A stretch of 64,000 nucleotides of DNA from a virus. The DNA is taken from the IMG/VR virus record IMGVR_UViG_3300035146_000036. One strand, 5' to 3'. The stretch's first letter is position 1. The number at the start of each line of letters is the position of its first letter. Position numbers and translations under genes: made by a program. Below the pieces are notes generated by a model. That model had not been told where the DNA came from and made no database searches. It worked only from the letters and a program-made list of their open reading frames with translations. Of this stretch, positions 18,856 to 28,718 are shown in pieces.

Positions 18856-19203
18856 ATGAAAATTGATAATTATGGTGAATGTATAATTTGTGATAAATGG
18901 TTTAGTTTAGGTGATGAATATGATGACCATTTAATGTCTGAACATTCAGATATTATGGATATTGTTATGAAAATTGATGATAGTGAGGATAGTGAGAAAA
19001 ATAAATTGATTTTTGACCTTATTAGGAAGGGATATGGGGAAAAACAACTTCCTGATAGATGGAAGGGCAAAGGTGGATTGAAGGATATTTATGAGATTCA
19101 TGGTTGGGAAGCTGTTTTTTGGGTTGGTAAAGCCATTAGGCAAGAAGAATTGTATGTTGAAGAGATGAAAGATAGGAATAGTAATGCAGACAATAAAGTT
19201 TAA
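18856..19203 (+). CDS. hypothetical protein (N-terminal C2H2-like CIIC...H..H)
   Basis: ORF track. Confidence 0.5.
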   Translation: MKIDNYGECIICDKWFSLGDEYDDHLMSEHSDIMDIVMKIDDSEDSEKNKLIFDLIRKGYGEKQLPDRWKGKGGLKDIYEIHGWEAVFWVGKAIRQEELYVEEMKDRNSNADNKV

Positions 19204-19732
19204 TTATGATTTTTTGGATGTACCATGTAAGAAGAATAAAGAAGTTATGGTTGGTTCTATTACATGTAAAAAATGTAAGCATAACAAAACTTCAGGCATA
19301 AGAATGAGATATGGAGGGGAAATAATGTGTAATTATGATGAAGATGTTATTGGTGACAGAGAAATAGTTGGTTGGTCATGTAATAAAAATGAAGAGCGGA
19401 TTGTTTGTAGTGATAAAGATGAAGCTATACGATATTATCTTGAAGCGTTTGAGTGTGGAGAAAAACCAGATAAGATAAAGGTTTTTGGCTTTGCTCGTTC
19501 TGAAATACATGATGATGGAACAGGTGTTTTAGAAGATTTTTTGATATGGTTAGATGAAGATTTTGGAGATCCAGATAGTGGATGGACAGAACCTTCTGAT
19601 AAAATGAAAAAGGCAGCAAAAGAATTTGTTGATGTCGTAATATCAGAATATGAGGTTTGGGCTTGTGATTGTGTTTATGAAGAGGAAGTTGATTTGAAAA
19701 AATGGATTGAAAAGAATGAAAGAAAAATTTAA
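19184..19732 (+). CDS. hypothetical Cys-rich protein
   Basis: ORF track; true start may be ATG 19244. Confidence 0.5.
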   Translation: MQTIKFNYDFLDVPCKKNKEVMVGSITCKKCKHNKTSGIRMRYGGEIMCNYDEDVIGDREIVGWSCNKNEERIVCSDKDEAIRYYLEAFECGEKPDKIKVFGFARSEIHDDGTGVLEDFLIWLDEDFGDPDSGWTEPSDKMKKAAKEFVDVVISEYEVWACDCVYEEEVDLKKWIEKNERKI

Positions 19733-20012
19733 AGATCTTGATAAATGTATAGCAATAATTCGTGAAGTATTTGGTAATCCTAGGATATTGATTGAATCAG
19801 TGATTGGTCCAGCAACTCATTATGATGATGATCCAGATTATTATATTGAAATGACGCTTTATCCATCAAAGTTTTTGGGTGATATATCAAAAGAAGAATT
19901 TAGAAAGAAAAGTTTGAAAGTGTATTCTATATTGAGACAAAAAGGATATAGAGATATTTGTGAAAAAGTTGTGATTAGAAAAGGTTGGAGTGGAAAGGAA
20001 GATAAAAAATGA
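19707..20012 (+). CDS. hypothetical protein
   Basis: ORF track. Confidence 0.5.
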   Translation: MKRMKEKFKDLDKCIAIIREVFGNPRILIESVIGPATHYDDDPDYYIEMTLYPSKFLGDISKEEFRKKSLKVYSILRQKGYRDICEKVVIRKGWSGKEDKK

Positions 20013-20722
20013 AAATTGTAGAACCATCAGTTGAAGTTATATTTTGGGCTCCTGAAGATAGTGGAACATTAGAGGAAGGAATTGAGAAAGCAGCAAGAAC
20101 TTGTTACAAAAGTGAAGGGAAAATTGGTGAAGGAACAGCGGATAAACTGATTAGGAAACTCAGAAAAAGTGGTCACCATGCTATGCTTGAATTTGGTTAT
20201 ATAATGGCAAGGATTATTGCGGACCGAGGTTTGAGTCATGAATTGGTAAGGCATAGATTGGCTTCCTTTGCACAGGAATCGACACGATGGTGCAATTACA
20301 ATTCTGAAAGATTTGATTCTGAAATTTCTGTAATAGAACCTCCAGGATTGACAGAGGAACAGAGAGTCATATGGTCTGTAGCAATGGCTGATGCTGAAAG
20401 ACATTATATGACTTTGATAAAAATTGGTGCTAAGCCACAAATAGCTAGGTCGGTTCTTCCGATAGGGTTAAAGACTGAGATTGTTATTGGGGCAAATCCA
20501 AGGGAATGGAGGCATATTTTTAAGATGAGGTGTGATAAATATGCTCACCCTATAATTAGGAGTATAATGATAGAGATTTTGTTGCAGTGTCGTGATAAAT
20601 ATCCTGCTATTTTTGATGATCTTTTTGATGATTTGCCTGATGAACTTATAAATAAATGGTCGGAATTAAAAGATAAAACTATGAGAGAAGTGATTATGAA
20701 ACATGTTGTTGACAAAACATGA
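20009..20722 (+). CDS. thyX: FAD-dependent thymidylate synthase ThyX
   Basis: Canonical ThyX motif RHRLASFAQESTRW (RHRx7-8S); 237 aa. Confidence 0.85.
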   Translation: MKIVEPSVEVIFWAPEDSGTLEEGIEKAARTCYKSEGKIGEGTADKLIRKLRKSGHHAMLEFGYIMARIIADRGLSHELVRHRLASFAQESTRWCNYNSERFDSEISVIEPPGLTEEQRVIWSVAMADAERHYMTLIKIGAKPQIARSVLPIGLKTEIVIGANPREWRHIFKMRCDKYAHPIIRSIMIEILLQCRDKYPAIFDDLFDDLPDELINKWSELKDKTMREVIMKHVVDKT

Positions 20723-20736
20723 ATATGCTGTAATAT
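20709..20736 (+). promoter_or_regulatory. sigma-70-type promoter TTGACA-N16-TAATAT
   Basis: Lies in the 3' end of thyX. Confidence 0.45.
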
Positions 20737-20788
20737 ATTAATGTTAGATCTGTAGGGCGATCTTACATGGATAGGAAATGAAACAAAA

Positions 20789-20974
20789 ATGAGACCATAT
20801 AAATCAGAATATTGGTGGTATGAAATAAAGCCAAATAGTAGATATGGTAATTTTGAGATAGCAGATTTAAGGGGGTTATCTGATAAAACAAGAGAGAAGC
20901 AAGTTTTATGTATAGAGAATGATCCTGTTTTTGTTAGGTGGTTAGATTTGGCATATCCGCCTAAGCATGTATAG
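20789..20974 (+). CDS. hypothetical protein (paralog of 22518..22727)
   Basis: MRPYKSEYWWYEI vs MRPDRPGYWWWRV. Confidence 0.5.
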   Translation: MRPYKSEYWWYEIKPNSRYGNFEIADLRGLSDKTREKQVLCIENDPVFVRWLDLAYPPKHV

Positions 20975-20986
20975 ATTGATAGAAAG

Positions 20987-21253
20987 GTGATATTGATGAT
21001 ATGCACAAGATGTGATGGTACTGGATTTATAAATTGGGATGAAAGGTGTGACCCAGAAGAATTTCATTCTGAAAATGTAGAAGGGGTTTTGAAGTGGATA
21101 TCAGAACATGAAGATACTGATATGTCGGTTTGTGATTGTTGTGGGGATGGAGAAGGGTGGTATGGGGTGCCAGGACAACATTATGGACATGATGACCCAA
21201 TAGGGAAGAATGGACCTTATGCTTATAATGGGGGGCTTTGTGAGTGCCATTAA
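20987..21253 (+). CDS. Cys-rich hypothetical protein
   Basis: ORF track. Confidence 0.5.
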   Translation: MILMICTRCDGTGFINWDERCDPEEFHSENVEGVLKWISEHEDTDMSVCDCCGDGEGWYGVPGQHYGHDDPIGKNGPYAYNGGLCECH

Positions 21254-21259
21254 TGAATT

Positions 21260-21481
21260 ATGAAAACTGTAAAAATAACAATTGAAGTTAAAGTACCTAA
21301 TAAAACTAAGTTTGTAGCTGTTGACAAGAATGGGTATGTATATGCTTATTCAAGTGTTAAACCAGTTGTGTTTTCTAACGAAAGTGTATGGGATATTGAT
21401 GGTGGTGGTATTGAAGAGTCAAAAAATTTTTCTAAAAGGGAAGTTTATAATTGGAGAGATACGTTGACGAAAGTTGAATAG
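21260..21481 (+). CDS. hypothetical protein (paralog of 22177..22473)
   Basis: MKTVKITIEVKVPNKTKFVAVDKNGYVYAY vs MKKVKITIEVEVKDEAKFVAVESDGTVYSF. Confidence 0.55.
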   Translation: MKTVKITIEVKVPNKTKFVAVDKNGYVYAYSSVKPVVFSNESVWDIDGGGIEESKNFSKREVYNWRDTLTKVE

Positions 21482-21483
21482 TT

Positions 21484-21867
21484 ATGGTTGATATAGATAA
21501 TTTTTTACCGTTGACTGGTAAAGAACCACCACCAGGTTGGAGAAGACGTGTTGATGGTTTATCTGCTTTCTATCATGGGGTATGGGATAATGAGAAAAAG
21601 CAGATGAGAGTGATAATATCGTATTCTAATGGATATGGTGATGGTAAATGGTGGTACCATGTTTCAGTATCTCATCGAAAAAGAATTATTACCTATGATG
21701 AACTAACATATGTGAAGAGGCATTGGGTTGGAGATGACCATAAAGCTATTATGGTGCTTCCTGAAAAATCAAAACATGTGAATATACATCCAAATTGTCT
21801 TCATTTGTTTTGTTGTCTTGATGGAGACCCTTTGCCTGATTTTACTGGAGGTATGGATACGATATGA
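21484..21867 (+). CDS. hypothetical protein
   Basis: ORF track. Confidence 0.5.
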   Translation: MVDIDNFLPLTGKEPPPGWRRRVDGLSAFYHGVWDNEKKQMRVIISYSNGYGDGKWWYHVSVSHRKRIITYDELTYVKRHWVGDDHKAIMVLPEKSKHVNIHPNCLHLFCCLDGDPLPDFTGGMDTI

Positions 21868-22190
21868 CAAAAGAATTTCATGTTGAAACTGGAATATTGA
21901 CGGAAGTTAAAACATCTAAGGTAGTTTTGATTACTGTTATAGAAAAACCATTTAGTTCTTTTGGTGAGTATAGAGATGACCATGAACATTCACGTAGTGG
22001 AGATCTGCAATCTTATTGTTTTATGTGTTCTAGATTGTTTAAAAATGAAGACAATATATTTTTAAGTTATTGGGAATCTCATGATAATGTGTTTTTATGT
22101 GAATCATGTAAAAATTTAGCATTAGAGTCTTGTGAAAAAAATATTGGGTCTGGTTTGATTGTAAAGAGGGGAAGATATGAAGAAAGTTAA
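21864..22190 (+). CDS. hypothetical Cys-rich protein
   Basis: ORF track. Confidence 0.5.
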   Translation: MTKEFHVETGILTEVKTSKVVLITVIEKPFSSFGEYRDDHEHSRSGDLQSYCFMCSRLFKNEDNIFLSYWESHDNVFLCESCKNLALESCEKNIGSGLIVKRGRYEES

Positions 22191-22473
22191 AATTACAATA
22201 GAAGTAGAAGTAAAAGATGAAGCGAAGTTTGTAGCGGTAGAAAGTGACGGTACCGTTTATTCATTTGGTGAATTTCCTCATCCTTCTCTTCATGGGTCAT
22301 ATTTTGAAGTAGAAGATGATGTTTTTTGTGAGTCTGCTAGAGTTAGTAATTGGCGTGAAACAATTACTGAAGTAGAAGATACTGAAGTAGAAGATACTGA
22401 AGTAAAAAATAAAAATAGACCAAATAAGCCTGAGAAAGATTGGTGGGATAACATTTTTGATACCAAAAAATGA
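22177..22473 (+). CDS. hypothetical protein (paralog of 21260..21481) with EDTEV repeats
   Basis: 18-nt tandem repeat actgaagtagaagat at 22370-22410. Confidence 0.55.
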   Translation: MKKVKITIEVEVKDEAKFVAVESDGTVYSFGEFPHPSLHGSYFEVEDDVFCESARVSNWRETITEVEDTEVEDTEVKNKNRPNKPEKDWWDNIFDTKK

Positions 22474-22517
22474 TTAGCAGAATGGGGTCAAAAACTGAAT
22501 AGGTGATGAAATAATAA

Positions 22518-22727
22518 ATGAGACCAGATAGACCAGGATATTGGTGGTGGCGTGTTGATGCTTCATGTAAGTGGGAGATAGTAGAAATATTAAAAAATTC
22601 TGATGATGAATTTATAGTTAGATGGATAGGTAAATCAGGATTTAGTTTTTTGTCTGTTGTTGGAGGTGAGTGGCTTGGAATGGTATGTTTAAATCATGTA
22701 ATACCATTTGTTAATGAAGGAGAGTGA
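22518..22727 (+). CDS. hypothetical protein (paralog of 20789..20974)
   Basis: Sequence similarity noted above. Confidence 0.5.
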   Translation: MRPDRPGYWWWRVDASCKWEIVEILKNSDDEFIVRWIGKSGFSFLSVVGGEWLGMVCLNHVIPFVNEGE

Positions 22728-23025
22728 TATGTATAAAGAAAAATTAGAAGTATTACGTGCAAATGTTGCTGTTCAATCTTCTGATGGAAATTGGAATTAT
22801 GACCCATATAATCATGGTTATGCTAATGGTTTAATTTTAGCTGAAGCTATTATGTATGATATTGAACCTAAATTTCTTGACGCACCCGAAGAGTGGATAA
22901 GTGAACGTGATGGTTTAGTATGCAGTAATGAAGATTTGAAGGATTTTGAAAGAATTAGTTTGGATTCTGAATTGTCAGCTTTGAATGTTTTGAACAGGAG
23001 TATTGCGAACTCGAGTTCGTTGTAA
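22708..23025 (+). CDS. hypothetical protein
   Basis: ORF track; 3' end overlaps palindrome copy 5. Confidence 0.45.
   Translation: MLMKESDMYKEKLEVLRANVAVQSSDGNWNYDPYNHGYANGLILAEAIMYDIEPKFLDAPEEWISERDGLVCSNEDLKDFERISLDSELSALNVLNRSIANSSSL
23005..23020. promoter_or_regulatory. palindrome copy 5 (GCGAACTCGAGTTCGt)
   Basis: 15/16; 20 nt before ATG 23041. Confidence 0.7.
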
Positions 23026-23040
23026 AGGAGGATATATAAA

Positions 23041-23376
23041 ATGGAATGGATAGGTGTTGATTTGGATGGAACATTGGCTGAATATGATAAATGGCGTGGT
23101 CCTTCTCATATAGGTAAGCCTATTTCTAAAATGGTTGATAGAGTAAAAAGATGGCCTAAGGATGGAAAGGATGTTCAGATTTTAACAGATAGAGTTCATA
23201 AGGATAATCCTGGTAAGGTTGAATCTGAATTGGCAATTAATTTGTGGACTAAAAGAGTCTTTGGAAAATCGTTAAAGACTAGAGCTGATAAAGATTTGAA
23301 TATGATTGAATTATGGGATGATAGATGTATTCAGTTGCTTACTAATACTGGAGAAAGAGTTGATGGTAAAGAATAA
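23041..23376 (+). CDS. small HAD-like protein (DxDGT motif)
   Basis: IGVDLDGTLAEY = HAD motif I; 111 aa, possibly a minimal nucleotidase/phosphatase. Confidence 0.45.
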   Translation: MEWIGVDLDGTLAEYDKWRGPSHIGKPISKMVDRVKRWPKDGKDVQILTDRVHKDNPGKVESELAINLWTKRVFGKSLKTRADKDLNMIELWDDRCIQLLTNTGERVDGKE

Positions 23377-23455
23377 AGTAATTATATCTTGGAAAATAGA
23401 TGAATGTTCATTACTTGATGTAAACAGGATTGAGAAAGTAAGATGAGGTTATAAG

Positions 23456-23716
23456 ATGGCTGTTTTTTATGAAGAACATGAAAAACCAACAAGAATATTT
23501 AGTTTTAAAGATACTATTGGTGATTTTCATTTTATTGATTTTACATTAATTTATAGAATAAGTATTCATGAAAATTGTGCGTCTGATTCATCTGATGTAT
23601 CTATATTTTGGAATTTTAAAATTACTGGATTAATTAAAACTGAATTTAAGACAAGTAAAGATAGTGCAAAAAAAATAGCTAATGCATGGTGTATGTGTAT
23701 TAATGGAGGTAATTAA
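23456..23716 (+). CDS. hypothetical protein
   Basis: ORF track. Confidence 0.5.
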   Translation: MAVFYEEHEKPTRIFSFKDTIGDFHFIDFTLIYRISIHENCASDSSDVSIFWNFKITGLIKTEFKTSKDSAKKIANAWCMCINGGN

Positions 23717-24025
23717 GTGAGTGAAGATGACAGTAAGTTATCTATAGTTAAAAAAAGTAATGATAGTGTTGAGTTGTTTAGTTTATCTGCAATTTATACT
23801 CAAGATGCAGATTCTTGTAGCAATGAAACATGTCAGGAATTGGAATTGAAGACAGATGATGCAGGTTGCGGAATGTATTATGTTTTATCTACTAAAAGAT
23901 GGGCTTTTGAAAGTGTTGATGAGATAGTAGGTATAATTGAAGATTTTCTGAAAAGAGTATGGCATTCTCGAACACAATCATTTGGATTGGGTCTGGATCA
24001 AAAGGATGGTGAGAATGATGATTGA
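23717..24025 (+). CDS. hypothetical protein
   Basis: ORF track (GTG start). Confidence 0.45.
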   Translation: MSEDDSKLSIVKKSNDSVELFSLSAIYTQDADSCSNETCQELELKTDDAGCGMYYVLSTKRWAFESVDEIVGIIEDFLKRVWHSRTQSFGLGLDQKDGENDD

Positions 24026-24296
24026 AATTATGAGTAAAATTAAATGTATAAAATGTGATTATATGGCTAAAGATATAGAGGATATGATGTGTCATATTGA
24101 AAAAGAACATGTTGATGTGTTTAATATGATTGAATCTATTAAGAATGTTGACCCAAATGAAAGAGGTAAAAAAATTGCTAGTGTTATTGAAGAAATATTA
24201 GGAGAAAAGATTCATGGAAATATTAATTATGATTCTCTTAGTGATATGTATGCTTTAAATGGTATATGTTCAATATTGGAATTGATTGTTTATTAA
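23982..24296 (+). CDS. hypothetical protein (C2H2-like CIKC...H..H)
   Basis: ORF track. Confidence 0.45.
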   Translation: MDWVWIKRMVRMMIEIMSKIKCIKCDYMAKDIEDMMCHIEKEHVDVFNMIESIKNVDPNERGKKIASVIEEILGEKIHGNINYDSLSDMYALNGICSILELIVY

Positions 24297-24835
24297 TATA
24301 TATAATAAGGAGAGTAGTTGTGGTTAAACCTGAGATTAAGCCGGAATGGGTTGAAAAGTATACTGATTCATTTGCATCACATTTAAGATATTATCGGCAG
24401 GCTGCTGATAAACTTGGTGTGGATAAATCACTTGTGCTGATTCATGATAATTCAAAAAGTATGGATGAAGAGTTTCCTTGGTATGTAAGGAGATTTGGTG
24501 GTGAGATTAAAGATGATCCTGAATGGTTGGCTGCTTGGAATCATCATATTCATAATAATCCTCATCATTGGGAATATTGGATAACACCAGGTGGTAATAA
24601 TGAACCTAATACAATATTGCCAATGCCAGAAAGATATGTGTTAGAAATGGTGGCAGATTGGATGGGGTCTGGACGTGCATATACTGGTGATTGGGATATG
24701 ACAGATTGGTTAAGTAGAAATTTGTCAAAGATAAAAATTCATAACAAAACAAGAGATAATGTTGAGAAAATTTTAGTTGATAAGCTTGGATATGAGAAAC
24801 AGAATATACTGTTATGGAGATGGAGTTTGAAATGA
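24266..24835 (+). CDS. hypothetical protein with possible HD-like motif
   Basis: LVLIHDNSK and HHIHNNPHH; start uncertain (GTG 24320?). Confidence 0.4.
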   Translation: MFNIGIDCLLIYIIRRVVVVKPEIKPEWVEKYTDSFASHLRYYRQAADKLGVDKSLVLIHDNSKSMDEEFPWYVRRFGGEIKDDPEWLAAWNHHIHNNPHHWEYWITPGGNNEPNTILPMPERYVLEMVADWMGSGRAYTGDWDMTDWLSRNLSKIKIHNKTRDNVEKILVDKLGYEKQNILLWRWSLK

Positions 24836-24901
24836 GTGGTTTTTTGTCGGGTATTTGGGGTTGTAAAGAGGGTAGTTGTTTATTGTTAGAAGAGGATACT
24901 A

Positions 24902-25627
24902 ATGAATAATTTTATTGTATTTGAAGGTATTGATGGTGTTGGAACTACAACACAATCATATATGATGTATGAATATTTAAAAGATTTGATTGGAAAGAAT
25001 AAAGTTGTATGGACAAAAGAACCAACTGATTCTTGTATCGGATATTTAATACGAGAGATTTTAGGTGGTACAGAAGAGAAGCCTTCTGGTAATGCCATGG
25101 AATTACTGTTTAGAGCAGATAGAATAGACCATGTTGAGGATTTTATAAGACCAAAGATAGAGGAAGGGAAATGGGTTATTTGCGATAGATATTATCCTTC
25201 AACACTTGTGTATCAAGGAATTCAAAATACTATGTTAGATAGTATAAAGCAGATGAAGCGTATGTTTTATCATTTTATTGATAATGATGGAATTGTTATT
25301 CCTATTTTAACAATTATTTTAGATGCTGATGTTGATATTTGTCAGAGCAGAATAAAAGATAGAGATACTCATCGTGAAATTTATGAAGATATAGAATTTC
25401 AATTAAAGGTAAAAGAATTGTATTTAGAGTGGGCTAATGTCGATTGGGATAGAATAGCTGGGGCACATGGTAAAACTGATGAAATTATTTATCCATGGAA
25501 TAAAAAAATAGTTGTTGATGCGAACGGAAGTGAAAAAGAAGTTCATGATAGATGTAAAAAAGTATTATGTGATGTTTTATCTGATGCTTTAGGTATCGAT
25601 TGGAACAGTTTAGAAGGTGTAAAATGA
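24902..25627 (+). CDS. tmk: thymidylate kinase (dTMP kinase)
   Basis: P-loop FIVFEGIDGVGTTTQ; TKEPTDS; LLF.ADRIDH; WVICDRYYPSTLVYQG lid region. Confidence 0.75.
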   Translation: MNNFIVFEGIDGVGTTTQSYMMYEYLKDLIGKNKVVWTKEPTDSCIGYLIREILGGTEEKPSGNAMELLFRADRIDHVEDFIRPKIEEGKWVICDRYYPSTLVYQGIQNTMLDSIKQMKRMFYHFIDNDGIVIPILTIILDADVDICQSRIKDRDTHREIYEDIEFQLKVKELYLEWANVDWDRIAGAHGKTDEIIYPWNKKIVVDANGSEKEVHDRCKKVLCDVLSDALGIDWNSLEGVK

Positions 25628-25827
25628 AATATTCTGTTTATGCAAAAGTTATTGGAAGTAAATATTTGGGTGAGGTAGAAGCTTCTAGCGAAAAAGAGGC
25701 CATTGAAAAAGGTTGGGAATTAGACGAAGCTTGCGTTTGTCTTTGCCATCAGTGTTCTTCGGAATGTGAAAATCCAGAAGTAGATCATATATCTGTTGTT
25801 CAGCATGGAGATGAAGATAATGGGTGA
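25600..25827 (+). CDS. small Cys-rich protein
   Basis: ORF track; likely start ATG 25624. Confidence 0.45.
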   Translation: MEQFRRCKMKYSVYAKVIGSKYLGEVEASSEKEAIEKGWELDEACVCLCHQCSSECENPEVDHISVVQHGDEDNG

Positions 25828-26188
25828 TTTTGATAAGAGTGGTGTTGAGTTAATAGCAGATGAGAGAAGAAGGCAGATTGAAGAAGAGAAGTATAGTTTA
25901 AAACACGATAGGTCTGTTAATAATTGTGGTCAATTGTCTTGGGCAGCTATTGCATATGCTGCACCTGGAAGAGTATACAGAAGAATGGGTTTAGGAGAAT
26001 CTAATTTTAAGTTTATGGACCCTTTTCCTTGGGATATTCAGTATGATGCTAGACTTAGAACTAGAAAAGCAAATAGAGGTAGTTTTTGTCCTTCTGAATA
26101 TGAAAAAGAGGAGAGGATGAGTTTGTTGATAAAAGCTGGTGCTTTGATTGCTGCAGAGATAGATAGGTTGAACAAATGGCAGAAGTAA
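25796..26188 (+). CDS. hypothetical protein
   Basis: ORF track. Confidence 0.5.
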   Translation: MFSMEMKIMGDFDKSGVELIADERRRQIEEEKYSLKHDRSVNNCGQLSWAAIAYAAPGRVYRRMGLGESNFKFMDPFPWDIQYDARLRTRKANRGSFCPSEYEKEERMSLLIKAGALIAAEIDRLNKWQK

Positions 26189-26433
26189 AAGATGGGTTAG
26201 AAGTACTTTCTAGGGTTTCTGGTGTTCCTAAAAATGAAGTTGATGAAATATGGCAGAGGGTAAAAGAAAACAAAGCCAGGTTAGATTCTTGTGAACTTCC
26301 TCATGATTTTTATCCGATAAATGAGAATGGTAGGTTACCAAGAAAAGCTGTATGCAAGAAGTGTCTTGGTGTTGTTGATATAACTAATGCTAGATTTTAT
26401 ATACAAGGTTTAAGAGATGCAAAACAAGGATGA
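26176..26433 (+). CDS. hypothetical protein
   Basis: ORF track. Confidence 0.5.
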   Translation: MAEVKDGLEVLSRVSGVPKNEVDEIWQRVKENKARLDSCELPHDFYPINENGRLPRKAVCKKCLGVVDITNARFYIQGLRDAKQG

Positions 26434-26599
26434 AAAGGTTCATATTTGTACATGGGAAGACCCATGGACACCTGAAAAATCTAAGAGAGCACAGCATCCA
26501 TTTGCTAAATGTGTATTTGATGGTGGTTGGGACCAAGAATATGAGAGATATGAATGTCCATGTTGTGGCAAGAGATTTAAAGTAGATATTCCTGGTTAG
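26417..26599 (+). CDS. zinc-ribbon protein
   Basis: CPCCGK. Confidence 0.45.
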   Translation: MQNKDEKVHICTWEDPWTPEKSKRAQHPFAKCVFDGGWDQEYERYECPCCGKRFKVDIPG

Positions 26600-26616
26600 G
26601 AATGGAAGGATAGAAA

Positions 26617-26823
26617 ATGAAAGAGAAGAGGATGAGGGATGAAGATAGATTAATTGGAATAGCTTTTGATGATAAGTATGATGATAATTGTCCATGTTTT
26701 CATGTATTTGAAAATGAAGATGATTTGATAGAATTTATTGGTGACAATAAAGATGAAATTGGAGAGTATTCTATATATAAACTAGAAAGAATTTTTTTAG
26801 ATCAAGATAGAATTTTGCATTAA
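26617..26823 (+). CDS. hypothetical acidic protein
   Basis: ORF track. Confidence 0.5.
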   Translation: MKEKRMRDEDRLIGIAFDDKYDDNCPCFHVFENEDDLIEFIGDNKDEIGEYSIYKLERIFLDQDRILH

Positions 26824-26834
26824 CAAGGAGATGA

Positions 26835-27740
26835 ATGATGAAGGTTTTTTATCACAGGGATGCTGACGGTAAATGTGCTGGGTATATTGCTAGGAATTTT
26901 ATTACTGGTTCTGCAAAAGGTATTTGTCCTGGTGAAGATTTTATTGATACTTCAGTAGAATGTATATCTATAAATTATAATGAAGAATTTCCGATTGATA
27001 GAATTAAAGAGGATGAAGGAGTTGTTATTGTTGATTTTAGTTTAAAACCAGATGTTATGTCAGGTTTGGTTAAAAAGACACATAATGTGATATGGATTGA
27101 CCATCATATAAGTGCCATAGAAAATCTTGATTCGTTTAAGCATATTCGTGGTTTAAGGTCTGTTGATTTTTCAGGTTGTGAACTTACTTGGTTGTATTTC
27201 AATTTTAAAATTGAAGGACATAATATTAAAATAAGAGAAAATTCGTTGGAAATGTGTCCTAAATCAATTCGTTTGATTGGTGATAGAGATGTATGGCGTT
27301 TTCAGTATGGTGATGAATCTAGATGGTTTCATGAGAGTTTCAAATTAATGGGTGAGCCATGTCCTGAAAATAAAGAAGTATGGGATAGATTATTTTTTGA
27401 TACTGATAGATTATTAGAGAATGGAAAGTTGCTTTGTGAGCATACAGCAATGATAAATAAAGCAGCTATTGATAGATGGGCATATGAAGCTTATTTAAAT
27501 GGGTATAGGATACTTGTATGTAATTCTGCTATTTCTGGGTCTGAAATATTTGGAGATAGAATAAAGGATTATCCTTTTGTAGCTGTATATTGTCATAACG
27601 GTAAGAATTGGACTGTTTCACTTTATTCTGAAAGTATGGATATAGTTGAGATAGCAAAAGAACGTGGAGGAGGAGGTCACCCAAGGGCTTGTGGTTTTAC
27701 ATCAGATGAAGTTCCTTTTGAAAGGATTTATAAAATATGA
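26835..27740 (+). CDS. DHH/DHHA1-family phosphoesterase (NrnA/RecJ-like)
   Basis: DHH motif VIWIDHHIS; DHHA1 GGGHPRACGF; N-terminal HRDADG. Confidence 0.7.
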   Translation: MMKVFYHRDADGKCAGYIARNFITGSAKGICPGEDFIDTSVECISINYNEEFPIDRIKEDEGVVIVDFSLKPDVMSGLVKKTHNVIWIDHHISAIENLDSFKHIRGLRSVDFSGCELTWLYFNFKIEGHNIKIRENSLEMCPKSIRLIGDRDVWRFQYGDESRWFHESFKLMGEPCPENKEVWDRLFFDTDRLLENGKLLCEHTAMINKAAIDRWAYEAYLNGYRILVCNSAISGSEIFGDRIKDYPFVAVYCHNGKNWTVSLYSESMDIVEIAKERGGGGHPRACGFTSDEVPFERIYKI

Positions 27741-27990
27741 ATTGTGAAAAAACAGAGATGTCACAGGAAGAAATTAATGATCGTTTGAGAATGTTAAATG
27801 ATAGACTTCCATTAGAAGTTAGAGAAGATTTTGAATATAGGTTTATTGGATATAAAAAATGTGATGGTGTTTCTACAGCAACATTTGGAATTTATAAAAA
27901 ATGATAAAATATGAATAGATGATGACCTTTATGATGATGAGGATGATCCTTGTATAAAGTGTAAATTTAGACATACAAAATAGATGAAAG

Positions 27991-28410
27991 GTGATTAGGA
28001 TGTGTGATGAGATAAAGAATAATAAGTTTAGTACTAATTTATTTAAACTTATAGAAGCAGAAGAAGAAGTTAAGATAGTTTGGAAAAAAGTGAGAGAGGA
28101 TATAATAAAATGTATTGGTGTTGAAAATATTATATTGAAAATGATTGATATGTGTTTTGATAATTTTATTCAAATGGTAACAGCATTAAGAATTTATCAT
28201 GATGATGATGGTAAATGGTTTATGAAGTGTGGAGATGAAATAGAATCTATTCCTATTAATGAAGGTTTTGAGTTGAATATTGAACATTTTATTTATGAAC
28301 AAGCATATAATATGTTGCAAAGGAAATTTAATAGATCATTTTTTATGATAGATCAAGTTTTAATAAATTTTTATGAAAATATGAGCAATAAAAAAGCAGG
28401 TTTGGTATGA
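27991..28410 (+). CDS. hypothetical protein
   Basis: ORF track. Confidence 0.5.
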   Translation: MIRMCDEIKNNKFSTNLFKLIEAEEEVKIVWKKVREDIIKCIGVENIILKMIDMCFDNFIQMVTALRIYHDDDGKWFMKCGDEIESIPINEGFELNIEHFIYEQAYNMLQRKFNRSFFMIDQVLINFYENMSNKKAGLV

Positions 28411-28718
28411 AAAATATAATAGATGGTGTTAATAGTGTTGAGAATGAAATCATGGCTAAACTAATTAATAATATTAAGATTGATATGGATATCTTGGTTT
28501 TAGAAGCGATAAATAAGATTATTAATGTGTTTTTTGAAGATAAGTTGGTGTTGAGTGAAGTTAGAGATAGGATTACTGTTGGTTTTGGTCCTGGAAGATC
28601 TGAGAATGTTTTATTTAAAAATATTGTTTTTTTAGATAAGGTACCGATGATTGAAGTAGTTCTTATGAAAGAAGATAATAAGATGTTTTTAAAAAAACGT
28701 TTGGTAGAATTAGTATGA
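28407..28718 (+). CDS. hypothetical protein
   Basis: ORF track. Confidence 0.5.
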   Translation: MKNIIDGVNSVENEIMAKLINNIKIDMDILVLEAINKIINVFFEDKLVLSEVRDRITVGFGPGRSENVLFKNIVFLDKVPMIEVVLMKEDNKMFLKKRLVELV

